Shown piece by piece: positions 1-13,111 of a stretch of DNA of 44,493 bases. The stretch covers positions 1 to 44,493 of the forward strand of contig CBFFRQ010000161.1 in NCBI GenBank assembly GCA_965644315.1, in the 5' to 3' direction. The notes beneath the pieces are model-generated. The model saw only the letters and a list, made by a program, of their open reading frames with translations. It did no database searches and had not been told where the DNA came from. Both the position numbers and the translations under genes were made by a program. Origin of the DNA: Caecitellus pseudoparvulus (Eukaryota > Protista > Bigyra: Bicosoecida). How positions within the stretch are numbered: position 1 is the first letter of the stretch; the number at the start of each line of letters is the position of its first letter.

Positions 1-112
1 ATGTTTCTTGCTGGAACCGTATGTCGGGCGACATACCGACATACCGCACCGGTGCCCGTATGTCGACAAACCTCTTAGAAGTGTCGGTATGGCAGATTTA
101 GCGACATTCTGA
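1..112. repeat. Left TIR and subterminal CGACAT/ATGTCG repeat array of the outer element
   Basis: Hairpin ATGTCG-GG-CGACAT at 21-34; CCGTATGTCG at 17-26 and 56-65; AGCGACATTCT at 100-110, also present at 15012-15022. Confidence 0.85.
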
Positions 113-573
113 CAAACAATTTTCTCGTTTGAGCACCCCCACCCCACCCTGCCGCGCTCCGCACCCGTAGCCCGCCCGGTGTGATTGAAGCAAGCTTTGC
201 ATGGAATGCATTTTGTTGATATTGTATCTGCTTTCTATTATTGGATTTCTGCTCAGGAGGTGGTAAGCGCGCCACGTGCACTTGTGAGAATGAACTGTGA
301 AGAGTGCAGGGCGGTATGAGGTAAAATCAGTAGCATGCATGCGATTTTCTTACTTGTTTCGGTCGTTTTGGTTCTCGTCAGCTCTCGTTGGTCTTCCACC
401 TGGGGAAACTCGCGAGGGGTGAGTGAGGCTAACGGTTGCGTTACAGCTGAAACGTGTGGACACACCTGAGCCAAATTGTGTGGGTACTTGCGAGGTTTCG
501 TCTGTCATCTGCGAAGGGGGCAATCTAAGTCTTGTTAAGGTCTCAAATCCATTTGTTTTGAATTGATGAGTGG

Positions 574-2080
574 TTACTTTCGCCTTCTGCGTGAGCGCAC
601 CCCCTCCCGCTCCTCCGCCTCCTCCTCCCCTTCTCCTTCTCGGGACCTCCTCGTGCCCCCAATGATGGCCTGTGTGCGCCCAGATGATGGCGTGGGCGCA
701 ATGCTTGTAAGTTCGGCCAGGGATCCCTCATCTGAACTCTCTTCTGGTGTTTGATCTATTGGAGACGCGCTGTGCTCCCCACCAGAAGCCAGCTCTTCTC
801 CACGATGCATGTGATTCACCACCCAGGCAAGCCTGGGGGCCGTCCACTGCTCCACGCGGAGCAAGATCCATGCACCTGCAATGATGGGAAGGAGGTCGCG
901 CAGCTGCTCTGTGCGGAGCCTGTGGAAGCCTGGACCCATGTTCACCTCGGTGCAGCTGATGAGGGGGGCTTGAAGGGACGCATGTTTACTCTTCAGTCCA
1001 GAGTTCCACGCTTTAGCACAGGCCAACCAGAGGTTCTTCATGGCTTCTTCCTCTGGAAGCAGGTCCTCATGCGACTCCTTCAGCGCCACAGTTTGGGACT
1101 GGTCCAGGAGGCGAGGGATGTGCACCGTCCAAGGTCCATCCGGGGTCATGTATGTGCTGAAGTTCTTGAAGTTCGCTGCCCAGATTCGCTTGACCTGCGA
1201 AGAAGAGAGTGTGCCCGACTCGCCTTTCCAGCTGACGAAGCACTTGAGTTCACGGGTGATGTACTCCCTCCCACAAACTGGCTTGTACAGCTTGATGTCC
1301 ACGAGCTCCAGGATCAGGGGTGGGTCGGTGCGCGGGCCTGACTCCGACCCAGCTGAGCCTTCAGACAAGTCCTTGCACTCCTTGTCTGCGCATGCCACCA
1401 CCTCCTGGGGGCGGCCCTCGATGGTGTGGTGCTGAGGAAAGAAGCGTTTTGTCCTGTTGGATCGGGTCATGGAGATTCGCACGTGGTTCCTGAGGAGGGA
1501 CTGACTTGCGAGCAAGCCATCCCCTTGACAGCACGCCTCGTCCTGCAGGAGTTCAAGTAAAGTGTCGTCATCCCCCTCGCTTTGCGTCAGAGTCAGACCT
1601 TTCTGGTGCGTCTCGTTCACGTTGATCACCATGTTATCGAGTATGTTTGCGTGACAGGAAAGGAGCCCAGCCTGCGCATGTCTGGTTGCATCGGACATCA
1701 CCCTGAGAAGGCCCTTTTTCCAGGCATCAGCCTTAACCCCTTGATCGCGAGCATTGATGACTGCTTTGCGCAGAGGGCACTGAGCAGCAATCGCGACGTC
1801 CTTGCTTGAGGATGACAGAGTCTTTCGAGAGGAGCTTGCCTTCTGCTCTTTCTCTACGCGTTCAAGTCTCTCTAACATCACCAGCAGCATCTCCAAACGA
1901 GTGGACTCGCTCAGTTCAATCCCTGTGCAAGGGAAGGAAGATATATGCGCGCCAGCTCAGCTTATCAGCTCAGCCTTGGGAGTGGGTGGCAGTTGTGGTT
2001 GCCTCAGCCGGCAAATGCAGCGCCTACCCTCTTCTGGAGCAGGAAACTCCAACTTCTTGCACAGAATTTTCGTGATGCGC
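574..2080 (-). CDS. Accessory protein of the outer transposon, unknown function, spliced; 5' exons unresolved (possibly up to ATG 2419)
   Basis: 440-aa ORF extended by a phase-compatible GT-AG intron at 2027-1923 (...PAPEE-G-IELSESTRLEM...). Ends in an acidic tract plus basic RSRRRRK (NLS-like). Divergent from the transposase. Confidence 0.65.
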
Positions 2081-2520
2081 CTGTTGTGTGCGGTGGATGC
2101 TGTGGAGTGGGGTGGGGGCAAGCATGGTTGCAAGACCAAGGGTGCGGCTTTTGAATGGGATTCAGCAAGACACACATGATGACTCCATGGCTGAGCAGTT
2201 GCTTCTCAGGGCTTTTGCGCGAGCAAGAAATGCACTGGCACTTGTCTCAAGAGTTAAAGCGTGCAGTGTAGTGAAAGTGTCACGTTCTGTCTGTGGTGCG
2301 CCGTGTTGGTTTTGAAGGGTCAACGATTTCCGCAACTCGGGCTTGCCTTCGATTGACTGGGCGTCTGGCGGACAAAACCTATTGAATTCCGAGCCGCTTG
2401 CTGCTACAACTATTCTCATAAAACCTCTGCAGCTTTTCCGTCCGTCGTTCCTCTACTCAGTGCTACTTTATCTCGTATTGCGGGTTCGACAACGCACTTC
2501 GCGGCCCTTCCGAACTGACT

Positions 2521-5500
2521 ATGGCTCATTCGCCCCTTCACGCCGAGAAGCCCCACAAGTGCGCAACTTGTAAGCGTCTTTTCAAGCGAGTATCAGACCG
2601 CAATCAGCACCTCAGGCGTAGCAGGGCGTGTCGGGCAGAGGCGGCGCGTCAACAGAGGGCATGGCTCCAACCATGCCCACTGGCTCAAGAAGAACGGGAT
2701 GATGGGGGTACCTGGGGGGGGGCTGACGACACTGAGAGCCTGTCTTTCACTGATACAGTTCTCGACCAGACACAGTTCTTTCCTGATCTGGTGTCGCAGA
2801 CAGGGGCGGGGGCCGCGTCAAGTCGGAGCCTTCCTTGCAGTGAAGGAAGTGGCTCCGACACCTCGTGGGAAGAGTTGGAAGGGGAGGAGGTAAGTGAAAG
2901 CGACGAAGGTGAGCCGGCCTTGTTCACAGGCAGGAACCTACATGCGGAGGGGGAGGCGCAAGACGTTTCAGTTGGTCGACAGCAGGCCCAGGGCGTGACT
3001 GTGTTTGACGGCGTTGGACCCCCACCCCTCTCGACAACGCGCCCGAGGGTCGCTTCCAACCTGAACATGAACGCGGTAAGATGCATCCGGGAGGTTGCTG
3101 AGGCCAGGGCCCGCTTCTCTCGGGAGGATGCGGAGAAGTTCGACTTTCTTGTGAGGGTGTATCGCACCGGGCTGTCGGCTGCGAGTGCATTTGCCATCGC
3201 TCGTGACCAGTGGGCAAAAGATGTTCACAGATTCGGCAGGGAAGGAGACCCGAGATGTAGCATGTCTAGGCCTATCAAACCACTAGACCTCTTGGCCGAT
3301 TTCCGACACAGGGCAGCATCAGATCCAGGAGTGCTGCCCTTGTGCGCTCACAAGGTTCCAATGCCCATAGGCCTTCTCACAGGCGACAGAAGTCTGGGGC
3401 ATCTAACCCTGTATGGCACAAGTATCGTCGACGCAGCGATTAATATGCTTGCCCGACTGGACCCCCTGCGGCTGCTGCCCAACATAGGGTCTGGAGAATG
3501 GGCGGATCCCGTCCTAACCCCAGGGGTTGACGTTGAAATGGGGGCAACACTCGCAGGTGAGGTCTCCGCCGCTTGGACACAGTCTGATGCCATATGCCAA
3601 GCTGCCTTTGACACTCAGTGCAGGCAACGATCCAGTGCTGGTCGTTGCAAGCCTCCACCCCCACCTCTATCGACGCCCATGCTCCGAAAGCCGGCGGTGC
3701 AGGGTGGGAGGCTGCAAGGCCTTGTCATGGCTGGCGTGCAGGCTTCTTCCCCCTCCACACTCTCCGAATTCCAAGGGGGGGAATGCGCGCGGCAGAGCTT
3801 GGCACTTACCCTCCCACACGGTGCCCTCCCCTTAGTCCTCAGTCTTTTCCTAGACGGGGCCAGCGCCGGACGGCATGGGGCACACGAGCTGACACCTCTC
3901 AGTGTTCGGTGCCTTCAGTTGCCGACCAAAGAGGCGAGGGGAGTCGCATCAGCTAGTCTGCTTGCCATGCTCCCTTCATACCAAGCCATGACTGTGGCGT
4001 CGAAGGCTGTCGAGAGAGGGGGGGCATCAGCAGCTCTCGTTAGACATCGGGCATTTCAGAACACCTTGGAAGCCATTGTCTTCAAGCCCTTGGCAAACAT
4101 CTGGGCTTCCGGGGGTTTGGCCGTCCCTGTTCCCCACGAAGCCATACAGAGTCTCCGGTCGATTGGGGTTAAGGTGACTGTGGTCCACCACGCAGGAACG
4201 AGCGTACCATATGCCCGAGTCTTGCCCGTCATCGGACTCCTAAGTTTGGACATGAAGGAAGCCTGGAGGGTCTTCAACCTGTTATCATTGTCCCAGGTGG
4301 CCTGTAGATGCAAACCGAAACAGGAAGGGACACCAACGGACTTGGGAGTGTCTGCATCTGTCCAATTACGCACGCAGTGCCGGCTACGTGGAGGCCAAGA
4401 GCACCTCCTTGCACTGCGAGGGTCACAAGGGCAAGAGCCCGGACAGGACGTCGACCAGGTTCTGGGTGGGCGGAAGTTCCCAAGTGACGTGTGTGCGGCC
4501 GAGCGATACGCGTGGATGTTCGCCGGGGAAAACCCGTACGTCGCGCGCCCTCCTGACCGCTTGCACGTCTTTGCGGCAACTATTGCGGGCGATCAAGTCT
4601 GGAAGCACTTGCAGGCAGCGATGAGGGCACGCCCAGCACGGTCTGCTCGGCCATTGAGAGAACGACAGGACATTCTGCACCAACGTCTTCGAAGCACGTG
4701 GTCCCAGGAGGTCGACGGGACGAAGCTTACCGGAGCGCTCCAGTCCACCATCCATAGACTTCTTTCCAGCGCAATGTTGAGCATGGAACAGAGACTTGGA
4801 ATTCTCCCTCACCTGGCCTGGGTCATTGGGAATGACGACTCAATTATTCCCAGCGTTGAAGTGCGACAGCTCTTTCAGTTGCTTCTTGGCACAATCGAGG
4901 TCGTGTGCCACTTCCTGTACGTGCGGCCTGTGTCTGCACCAGGTGACCCATGTCGCATCTCTCAGTGGCTAGCGAGACTGAACACTGTGTACAGTTTGCT
5001 GGCCGCACACGTCGCTCGCCGATCCCTGAAGCGAATGAGGCCCGGGTTCAGCAGACCAGGGGCGCATGCTGGCCTTCCGATGACAACGAATGCTACCCCA
5101 CCCGACCCCCAGAGCGTGGACTATCCTAAGGCACACGAGAGTCTACACTTTGGAAGTGCATTGTGGTGGTTTGGGTCCCTTGAAGCAACAGATACTGATG
5201 TCGGCGAATCATTCCACACCGTGGTCAAGGGGGCATGGCGAAGCCTCAACACAGGGAAGTCCAATCTACTCCAGCGGATCGCCGAGCGAGTACTCTTCAT
5301 AACCTGGCACAGCAGTTTTGACCTCCTGCCGACGCCATTCGAACGACGCGCTTCTGAATGGCACACAAGGTGCCTCTCTTGGCGCGCAGCGTGTGTCCTA
5401 AACCCTGATGGAGTTGCATACTCAACCCTGGCAACCCCCGTGCGATCTCGACGATTGACGTCGAGCGAAGGAAACCTCTTATCCCGCATACCTGACGGTG

Positions 5501-5598
5501 CCATCCAACCATTTAGTGCATGGACTGGCAAACATGTCTTCTTTTCCCAGTCTTTAGGCTTGTCTGTGAGGCTTCCAGCTGGGACACTTGTTGGGCCC
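2521..5598 (+). pseudogene. Plavaka-like transposase 1, N-terminal 1026 codons, interrupted by the nested element (reads through to a stop at 5715 inside the insert)
   Basis: C2H2 finger (CATCKRLF...HLRRSRAC), acidic linker, then LFLDG, SLDMKE, PPDRLH and YPKAH...FGSLEATDTDVGESFH motifs recalled as typical of Plavaka/CMC DDE transposases. Confidence 0.85.
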
Positions 5599-6176
5599 CA
5601 GTCAAGAGATTTTCTGTCCCCCCCGTACACCCCTCCAACACCACTTCGTTCCCGTGTGCGGGGGGGGTGGGCACACCTTCCCGGGCGCGTCAGAAGTTGG
5701 AAAAAGTCAAAATGACACTATTTCATGTGTACATTGTGTCAAACTCGTTTCACGCTGCGGGAGCCGCGGCGGGCCGCGCAATGGGAAGGGGTGGATTGGC
5801 GTGGTGGCGACGGAGGGCAGGGTCGGGGGCCGAGGGAGGCAGACTGATCAAATTTTCTGGTCATTCTGGCGAAAGTCACAGAGGGGGCTAAGTTTCATGC
5901 TTAGATTCAGATTATTGCACTCACGCGTGATGGTTCGCCTTGCATAGCGCAGGAGAACGCCGCAAAGTGGGCCATTTTGGGCGCCAATTTCCGCCTCCAC
6001 AGCCGGGCGGCAAACTGCCTGCGCCAACTCCCTTGCACCGCAGCGCTGGCGCGTATGAAGGCGATTTACCGCCTTTGCATTGCATTTTAAGCGCCATGCA
6101 CGATTCATTTGTCCGATGCAGCCCCCCCCCTTGACGGGCTGTCTTGGGCTGCCTTGGGCTGAGTGGCGAAGCCGTC

Positions 6177-9100
6177 TCACGTGTCCTCGCTGGCGCTGCG
6201 CTGCTTGCCGACGGGGCCCTGCAGCGCCCAGTGGAAGCGGTAAGAAGCTTCCCCTGGCTTGCCCTTCGCGATCCAAGGCGCTTCGTGCACAACGGCCGGG
6301 CCAGCTACCACACCCCCGTCACGAGCACCCACGGTTGCGCCTCGTCCTCCGGCGAGTGGTTTACCCGTGCCCACCCCTGCACCTCAGAAGGGCCCAGTTT
6401 CAGGTGACGACACAAGAGGAGGGTCTCATCGGGCAGGTAACTGCGTGCATCGTCCCTCAGCGGCGCCAGGGCCACGGCTACGTCCACCAGTGTCCGCTCC
6501 ATGAACCGCTTGCCGTCCCAGTGGATGATGCACATGACGTCGGCTGGCCCCGGCAATGGCAGCCAGTTGGTGTTGCCAGAGGGGTACCGCAGCCTCACGC
6601 CTGTGCAGAGCGTGAGGGGGGGGCGGTGTCCCGCTTCCTGTCCATCCACGACGTCGTCAGGCTTTAGTTGCACCCTGTACAACCTGCCCGAATGCCCCAC
6701 CCGCCGCTCCCTCAACCACGCCAGGGCGCTCGCCCCTGCGACGAAGGACTGCGGGAAGGTCAGTGGCTCATCAGCGCTCCTGAATCGCGTCACGATCGGC
6801 CGCATGGCCGTGCCCACCAAGTTCAGTGGCACCTCAGCGCCTGGGTCAGCAGCAGCCCCGGCACAGTCGCCGGCGACCAGGGAGCGAGAATGCAATAGGT
6901 TGTACCAGGTCTCGGGGGAGGGAGTGTAGCCTGGCGGTTGACAGTACGGCGCGCAGCTCATGGCCTGCACGAGGCACACTCTCTCCGCCAGCTTGTAGAG
7001 GACACCCTGCTTCCCGCGGTGCACTGTACGTAGCACACGGTTGATTCGAGTGTGCATGGTCTCGCCGTGGTCGGTATCCACCGCCTCCAGGCTACCGTAC
7101 CAATGCATGTCCAGCGCCAGCTGCAGCGCAATGTGCAGCTTGGGGTACGTGAGGGGTAGAGCCTTCCGGCCAAGGGAGCGCAGCTCGTTGCTGACGAGCT
7201 GGAACACGGTGGCCACACGGGCCATCCACTGGGCCAGACGGCACGCGTCACCCCGCCCAGCCACTGCCCTGCCGTACGTGAAGCGCAGGACCACGCCCAC
7301 GGCCCCATGCAGTGCGTTCAGCAGTTGGCGGACCTTGGGCGGCCCCACGACGGCGTCGTCCGTGCCCATCATCAGCGTCTGCCACCGAGTGAGCCCCAGC
7401 TTGTCCTCTGCTGTGACGGCGTTGCCGGCCGACAGCTTGACCGCCGTCTCCCGCCCCGCGCCGACAACCTGTACGCCGTCGATGCGGCGCGGACGCGGCT
7501 GCTGCATGCGGTGCATGAAGGTCGCTTGGCGATCGTCCTGCGCCCCGAGGCCAGGCGCGAGCATCCCCTGCTCCAAAGCACCCCATGTCCGGTCCCCCAC
7601 CACCCCGCTCCCCAGCACATGCAGCCTGTCTGCAGGGCAGGCCTCGTAGCCATTGCCCCCCACAAACAGCGTCGCATGGCGCTCAATGTCGCAGATATCC
7701 TCGACGTCCTTCCACCTGATCGTGGCAAGGTCGGCCTCCGCCCGCGCCTTCACGACCGGATCGGCAGACGCCACGTCACGCAGCGCGTCGGCGTGGAAGG
7801 ACGCCGAGCGCCGCGTGCAAGTCCCCAGCGCTGCCACGGTCTCGGCCATGTCGAGGGGCACGGCGTCGGCCAGCTCTTGCTGGCCTTTGCTGCGCCACGC
7901 CAGCGCGCACGAGCACCGTGGAGGCCTGCCGTGAACCGCATTGAGTAGCATCCATCTCTCAGCCGTGTCGGCGCAGATGGCGCCGATGAGCGGCCACACA
8001 CGGGCAACGAACGAAGGCCCATCGACCCCCGCCCCCGGCTCAAGGACATCGACGCCAAGGTCCCGCAGAGCGCCGACTTGGTCGGCTGCTACCGGGATCC
8101 ACAGGCCACCCTGAGCGTGGATCTCAGCAAGAGGCTCCAGCAGCACAGCGCGGAGCTGGGCCTGGTGTGCCTTGTACTTGGCGCGCTTCGCCTCCTCCGC
8201 GGTCCCTTTGAAGTCCATGTCTTTCAGCGGCATGAAGGCAAGGACTGCCGCTGACCCCAGGCTTCGGGCCTCTCGGGCACTAACTTGCATGGGCCGGACG
8301 CTCAGGGGCGTGATGCCCGTCTTCGGTTGGCGGAAAGGGTGGGCCTCGTCCATGAAGACGTTGATGACAAACGGCAGGGCGCGGTGTTGCAGAGCTGTCT
8401 GTGACGCCGCATGAGCACACGGGCTTTCAGCGAAGCACGACACGGTGCCGTCTTGGGGTTCCTGGGCGCCTGCCATCGTGTGTGCCTGAAAGCGGCCATG
8501 CTTCGTGAACGGAGCGGCCAAGGCGGGGGTTTCGTCGTCGCTCAACCCAGGCCGGTGCCTTTGGAATGCTGCACGCGCAACCGCGTCGCAGTCTGCGAAG
8601 GCGGCCTCGAGCTTGCTCGCCAGCGCAGTCCCCATGGGCGTGTCAATTCCCGACGTGTGCATGGGGTCTGGGACGCCCCTTGTGGCCCGACGGGCGGGCA
8701 AGCACTCAACAGGTATCCGAGCCAGCGAGTGGACAAGCCAATCCTTCAGCTTCACGCCGTGGATGGGCCAGGTGGCACGTGGCACTCCACGCCGGTCGCA
8801 CACGCCGGCGGGCATCTTGGCGTGCACCACCCCCGGCATGCAGATGCCAGGCAACCCCTTGAGTGTCTCGACCAAGCGCTTCATCTTCCTCTGGGGCTGC
8901 ATCGGCTTCCGTGCTCGAACCTTCGCCTGACAAGTGCTGCAGCTGGCTGTGTCTGCCATGCACTTCGACCAGAGATCGTGCTGCACTTTGAACACCGAGG
9001 CGGCACTCGCATCGGTGGTCAGTATCGCCTCCAGCTCAGAGTTCCTCTTCCTCAGTGTCTCCAGCTCTTCCGAGAGCAAGCCCACGCGTGCCCGCAGCAC

Positions 9101-9550
9101 CTCAGTGGCTGAGTGAGTGTCGGCTGGTAGAGCAGCCGGCTCGCCTGCCTCTCCCGCTGCCTCTCCCGCCTGAGCGTCTCCCCCGCTGGCCGCAAGCCCA
9201 GCAGGCAGGGTCTCCGTGGCGTCGGCCCCGAACTCGTCCGCCCCATCACTCTCGCTTTCCTCGGTCTCATAGTACTCGCTGTCTGCGTCCTCCTGGACAG
9301 GTGCTTGCGCAGCCCCAGCGTCCCCACGCGGGTGCTTCCGATGTGAAGCAAGTGTATGCTCGTAGACATCCTCCCAGATGCCGGGCGCAGGGCTGCCCCC
9401 GTCCTCAGAGTGCTTCGCAAACTTGGCCTCAAATTCGCGCCTACGCTTTCTCCTTCTGGCGTGGGTCACCTGTTGGCACTGCCTCTGAAAGTGACGGGTC
9501 AAGCCTGATTGGGTTGAGAACGTCCGCTTGCACACAGTGCACGTGAACAT
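6177..9550 (-). CDS. Plavaka-like transposase 2 with a single-base frameshift near 6313-6322
   Basis: ATG 9550 (MFTCTVCKRTF...HFQRQC, C2H2-type finger). VFMDE, CADTAE, PADRLH and YPKLH...YGSLEAVDTDHGETMH are collinear with transposase 1. The last about 45 aa (VVAGPAVV...SYRFHWALQGPVGKQR) lie in a second frame and align with the transposase 1 C-terminus. Confidence 0.85.
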
Positions 9551-9959
9551 CGTGGGTGTGGGATGCTGCTTGGCAGGGCCTGGTCCGGAGGGAGAGCTCG
9601 AGTTGCGTTTCAGTATCTGAAACGTGCCTAGGGGGCACACCAATCCGGACTTCACAACGCAACCAACACCACCGCGGCGGCAAGAAGCACACCTGCGCTA
9701 GTGGTTGATGTGCATTCGATCCCTAGCGTTTGTGAAAAGTCCCCCTGTAAGCCTGGAACGCGAGGGATACAAGGAAGCTTGCTGCGTTTTCCCTTGAGAG
9801 GGGGGTGCAGGGGGGTGCAAGGGGGGAGGGGGGGTGCCTCACGCTGCTCTGTAAGCCAGCAAGGCGCAAAGGCACATTCCAGTCCCCCCCCCTCTGTTAG
9901 TCACTTGCTCTTCTCGGCCACCTTCAGCTCTCAAGCACCCGTCTCCCCACCCAGACACC

Positions 9960-12033
9960 ATGGCTCAGCAACGCAGCGAAGTCAGCACGAGCTCAGTGCC
10001 TCAAGCCACCGCCGCCGAGCATGACTCTGCAAAGCGAGCGTTCCAGGGCGTGCATGCGCATCTTCAAAGGATTGCCTTTGAAAAGGGCAAGCCCTTGCCC
10101 ATCCCGGAGCGCAAGGTTTGGTTGGCGGGCGCCAGCAACGCAAATGGTGTGCTGCGCTGTGAAACGCTTCCCCACCACGCGCGCACAAAAGCACCAGTGC
10201 TTACCGCCCAGTCCTTGCCCGCGCCGCAGAAGAGTTCCTTCGCGCAGAAGTGCTGGGCCAGCTTGCTAAGCCGCCGCATGAATTGGACATGCCCGGTGGT
10301 GGTGGTGCGTGACATACCAACGCGAGACTAGGATGGCGTTCCCACCAGCCTTTGCCCGTGTCGAGGCGTGCGGCTTCAACGCAACACCGCCTGAGTTTAC
10401 ACGCGATCTGTGCCCCCTTTCCGCAGCAGACCACTCCAGTGGAGAGGCCAGGAGCTTCCTTGCCGCGGCCGTCCTGCCCCGCGTTCCCAACGCGGCAGCC
10501 CTCGAGGCTCCAAGCCTGACCGACAGGGTGATAGCGGCACAGGCGAGCTTGGCGTTGGATCGGGCGCTGATCTACCAACTGTACGTGTTGTACCTGTACA
10601 GTGTGAAGGAGAGGGCCCAGATGCAAGCTCAGATCAGGGAGCTGCAGGGCGCACTTGACAAGAACGGCAAGTCCAGTCGGAATTCTCCGAGTGTCCAGTA
10701 CAGCCGTCTGTCCATGTCCAATCACATGGACGCCATCGGCAGGCAGAGGCTCCCTGGACAGGGTTCGTGGACGTTTGCACAATTAAAGGCAGGGTCGGGG
10801 TGGGGGGTGCCGCCGACTACTCTCACACTCATGTGCACCAACGCAGCCCTCCGGGTACCGGAAGGGCCACTTGGCTCCCCTGACGATGTCTACGAAACGC
10901 TGATAGCGGACGCCGACCTTGAAACGCCGGAGCTAGACTTCCCTCTGGCCTTCATGCACGGCATGCCCAACGCACTGGAACAGGCGCTGTCAATCCAGCT
11001 GGCAGATGGCGCTGATCCCTGGGACGACGCCAAAGACCTGATGCGACAGGCAGACCCCGGGCAGGTGCGCGAGGCGTGCAAGAAGCTGCGCGATGCAGTG
11101 TCGCGGCTCTTCCAACCCAGCGCACTGTCCAAGGACGAAGCCTTTATGGAGGCGGTGTCTGTGCTCTGCCCCGCCAGGGAGGCGGAGGTCCTGGTCTGCA
11201 CGCGACACAGAAAGCAGCCGGCCCACGACGCATTCCTTGACATCAGCTCGCGCTTGGACGGCACGGGGCAAGCTGCCCAGGATGCTCTGCGCTACCTGAC
11301 TTGGGCGGATCGAGGGCGCAACGTGCTCTCGATGGAGGAAGTGCGCCGCAGGCAAACTGCGCGCTTTGCTGCGGTGCGCGACTTTGCCACACCGGACGCC
11401 CCGTTTGACTGCGCCACGCTCGTGGCAGTCTCCTTGGAGCAGGAGTTGCGCAGGGGGCTCGCCAAGGACGCGGGTGTGTCCGTGAGGCGCCAGGACGTCG
11501 TCACAGCGGCGGCACTGGGGGCGCTGTATGAAGCTGCGGTGCATCTGGTGGACACGGTGCGCAACCAAGCGTACAGCTTTGTACGCAGCACACCGCCGTT
11601 CCCTCACACGTGCGAGTGGCACAAGCTCTCCGCCGCCCAGCTGTACACTATCGGCGCCGTGCTCGGGCCATTGTGGACCTTCTTGCGCGGGGAGGAGGCC
11701 AGCGCCTCCACATGGGGCTTCGTCACCCGGGCCTTCCGCGCTACACTTGTGAGGGATGCCCGTGAGCGTTCGAAGCTGGCCCAAGCATGTGCCAAGGAAG
11801 CGCTTGCGCAGCACCCCGTGGTCAGCACTGACGGCAGTGCCGAGCTGGGCCCCTGCCCGGGCCAGGGATCGGATTCAGGCTCGGGTTCAGGTTCCGAGTC
11901 TGAGCATGAGCCTGGTGCCGAAGCTTCCGGTGTGCTCGGAGACGGCGGGGCGGTGCTGGGATGCGGAAGGTCCCGCGGCACAAAGCGCCCGCGCGGCGAC
12001 GCAACGCCCCCGAGAAACATGTCGTTGGAATGA
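9960..12033 (+). CDS. Accessory protein of the inner transposon, predicted 622 aa, unknown function
   Basis: Exons 9960-10146, 10230-10304 and 10427-12033 join in frame through two phase-1 GT-AG introns (1869 nt). Coiled-coil-like segment; C-terminal GS/acidic tract followed by TKRPR (NLS-like). Divergent from transposase 2. Confidence 0.72.
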
Positions 12034-13111
12034 TGATAAGTACCCTCGGTACAGGGCATCCATATCGTGTGCGTATGCCTGCTCTGAGGCTGGTGACACC
12101 GCAACACCACCCATATCCCCACCGCACGCCCGTCAGCGCAATGCAAGCTCTTCCGGCGTGCCAGCGTTCGCTTGCGTGCAACACCCCCAGCTTGGCGCTG
12201 AGGAACAGCTGCACCCCTGTGGCCCATGCAACCACCACACCACTGGAAGCGCACCCCGCCTGGCCCTTTGCCCGTGTGACAAGGAAGCAGCGGACCAGCA
12301 TCAGAAGAACCCACCCCCCCCCCCCCCTCCCCCCGTCCGCATAGGGACACTTTCTAATCCCAGCGCAAATCTGAACGGTGCAAGTCAAGTCCCCATGGTA
12401 GCGTACGTTTGCACATGGCCTTAGCCTCGGCCTGCCTGTCGCTGCACGAGTACACAGAAGTGAGCGGCGCACAGCTTGCGTGCCGGGCGTTTCGCCTGCA
12501 ACGGCATGGGACATGTCACCTCCTCCGCTCCCGCCTGTCGCCCTCTCCTGCGCAGTGAGCCGGATAGTGTCGTGAAGAGCTGTACACCTCATGGCCTGCA
12601 GACGCCATCGCAGGCTGCAGGTTCGTGCAGGGGCCTAGCACGCGGGTTCAGCATTGGCGTTGCAAAGCCGAGTCACACACAGACCCCTCTGCGTGCAGGC
12701 GCCCCCCCACCCGAGCTCCCCCTGCCAGAGCATGCCCTTTCGAGAAACTTGACCTTGTTGCATCGCGGACTGTGCTCCATGGATGGCTTCAGCGGTGCGT
12801 TGGGACAGGGGTAGCACCCGCCTATGCGCGGCGTTTGCGCGAAACGCCGTGTCATGTTCCAAGGCACCCCCGCACACTCGTGCCAGCCCCAGCGCCGCAG
12901 AAAAGACACCATTGATATGATGTTTGTCGGTACCTATTGAAAGCGCGGCAGTTTCTTGTGAGGGTGGGTGGGACTGCATGCGCCGGGCGCTGGTGCTGCC
13001 TGCCTCCAACGCCACCCCTCTGCGCAGGCGAACTCCCTCACCCGCGACGCACACACACCACCCCTCTGGCCATTCGCAGGGCCCACTTGGATGATCCAAG
13101 TATCTCCCTGA

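Noticed and set aside
253-510. Additional 3' exon of the outer accessory gene
   Set aside because: The plausible splice leads immediately to a stop. No support for extra coding sequence.
5599-5715. Native C-terminus of the 1064-aa ORF
   Set aside because: It is read-through into the TIR of the inner element. The true C-terminus is at 13852-14340.
9551-9655. N-terminal extension of transposase 2 shown in the ORF track
   Set aside because: Non-ATG start. ATG 9550 directly precedes the zinc finger, as in transposase 1.
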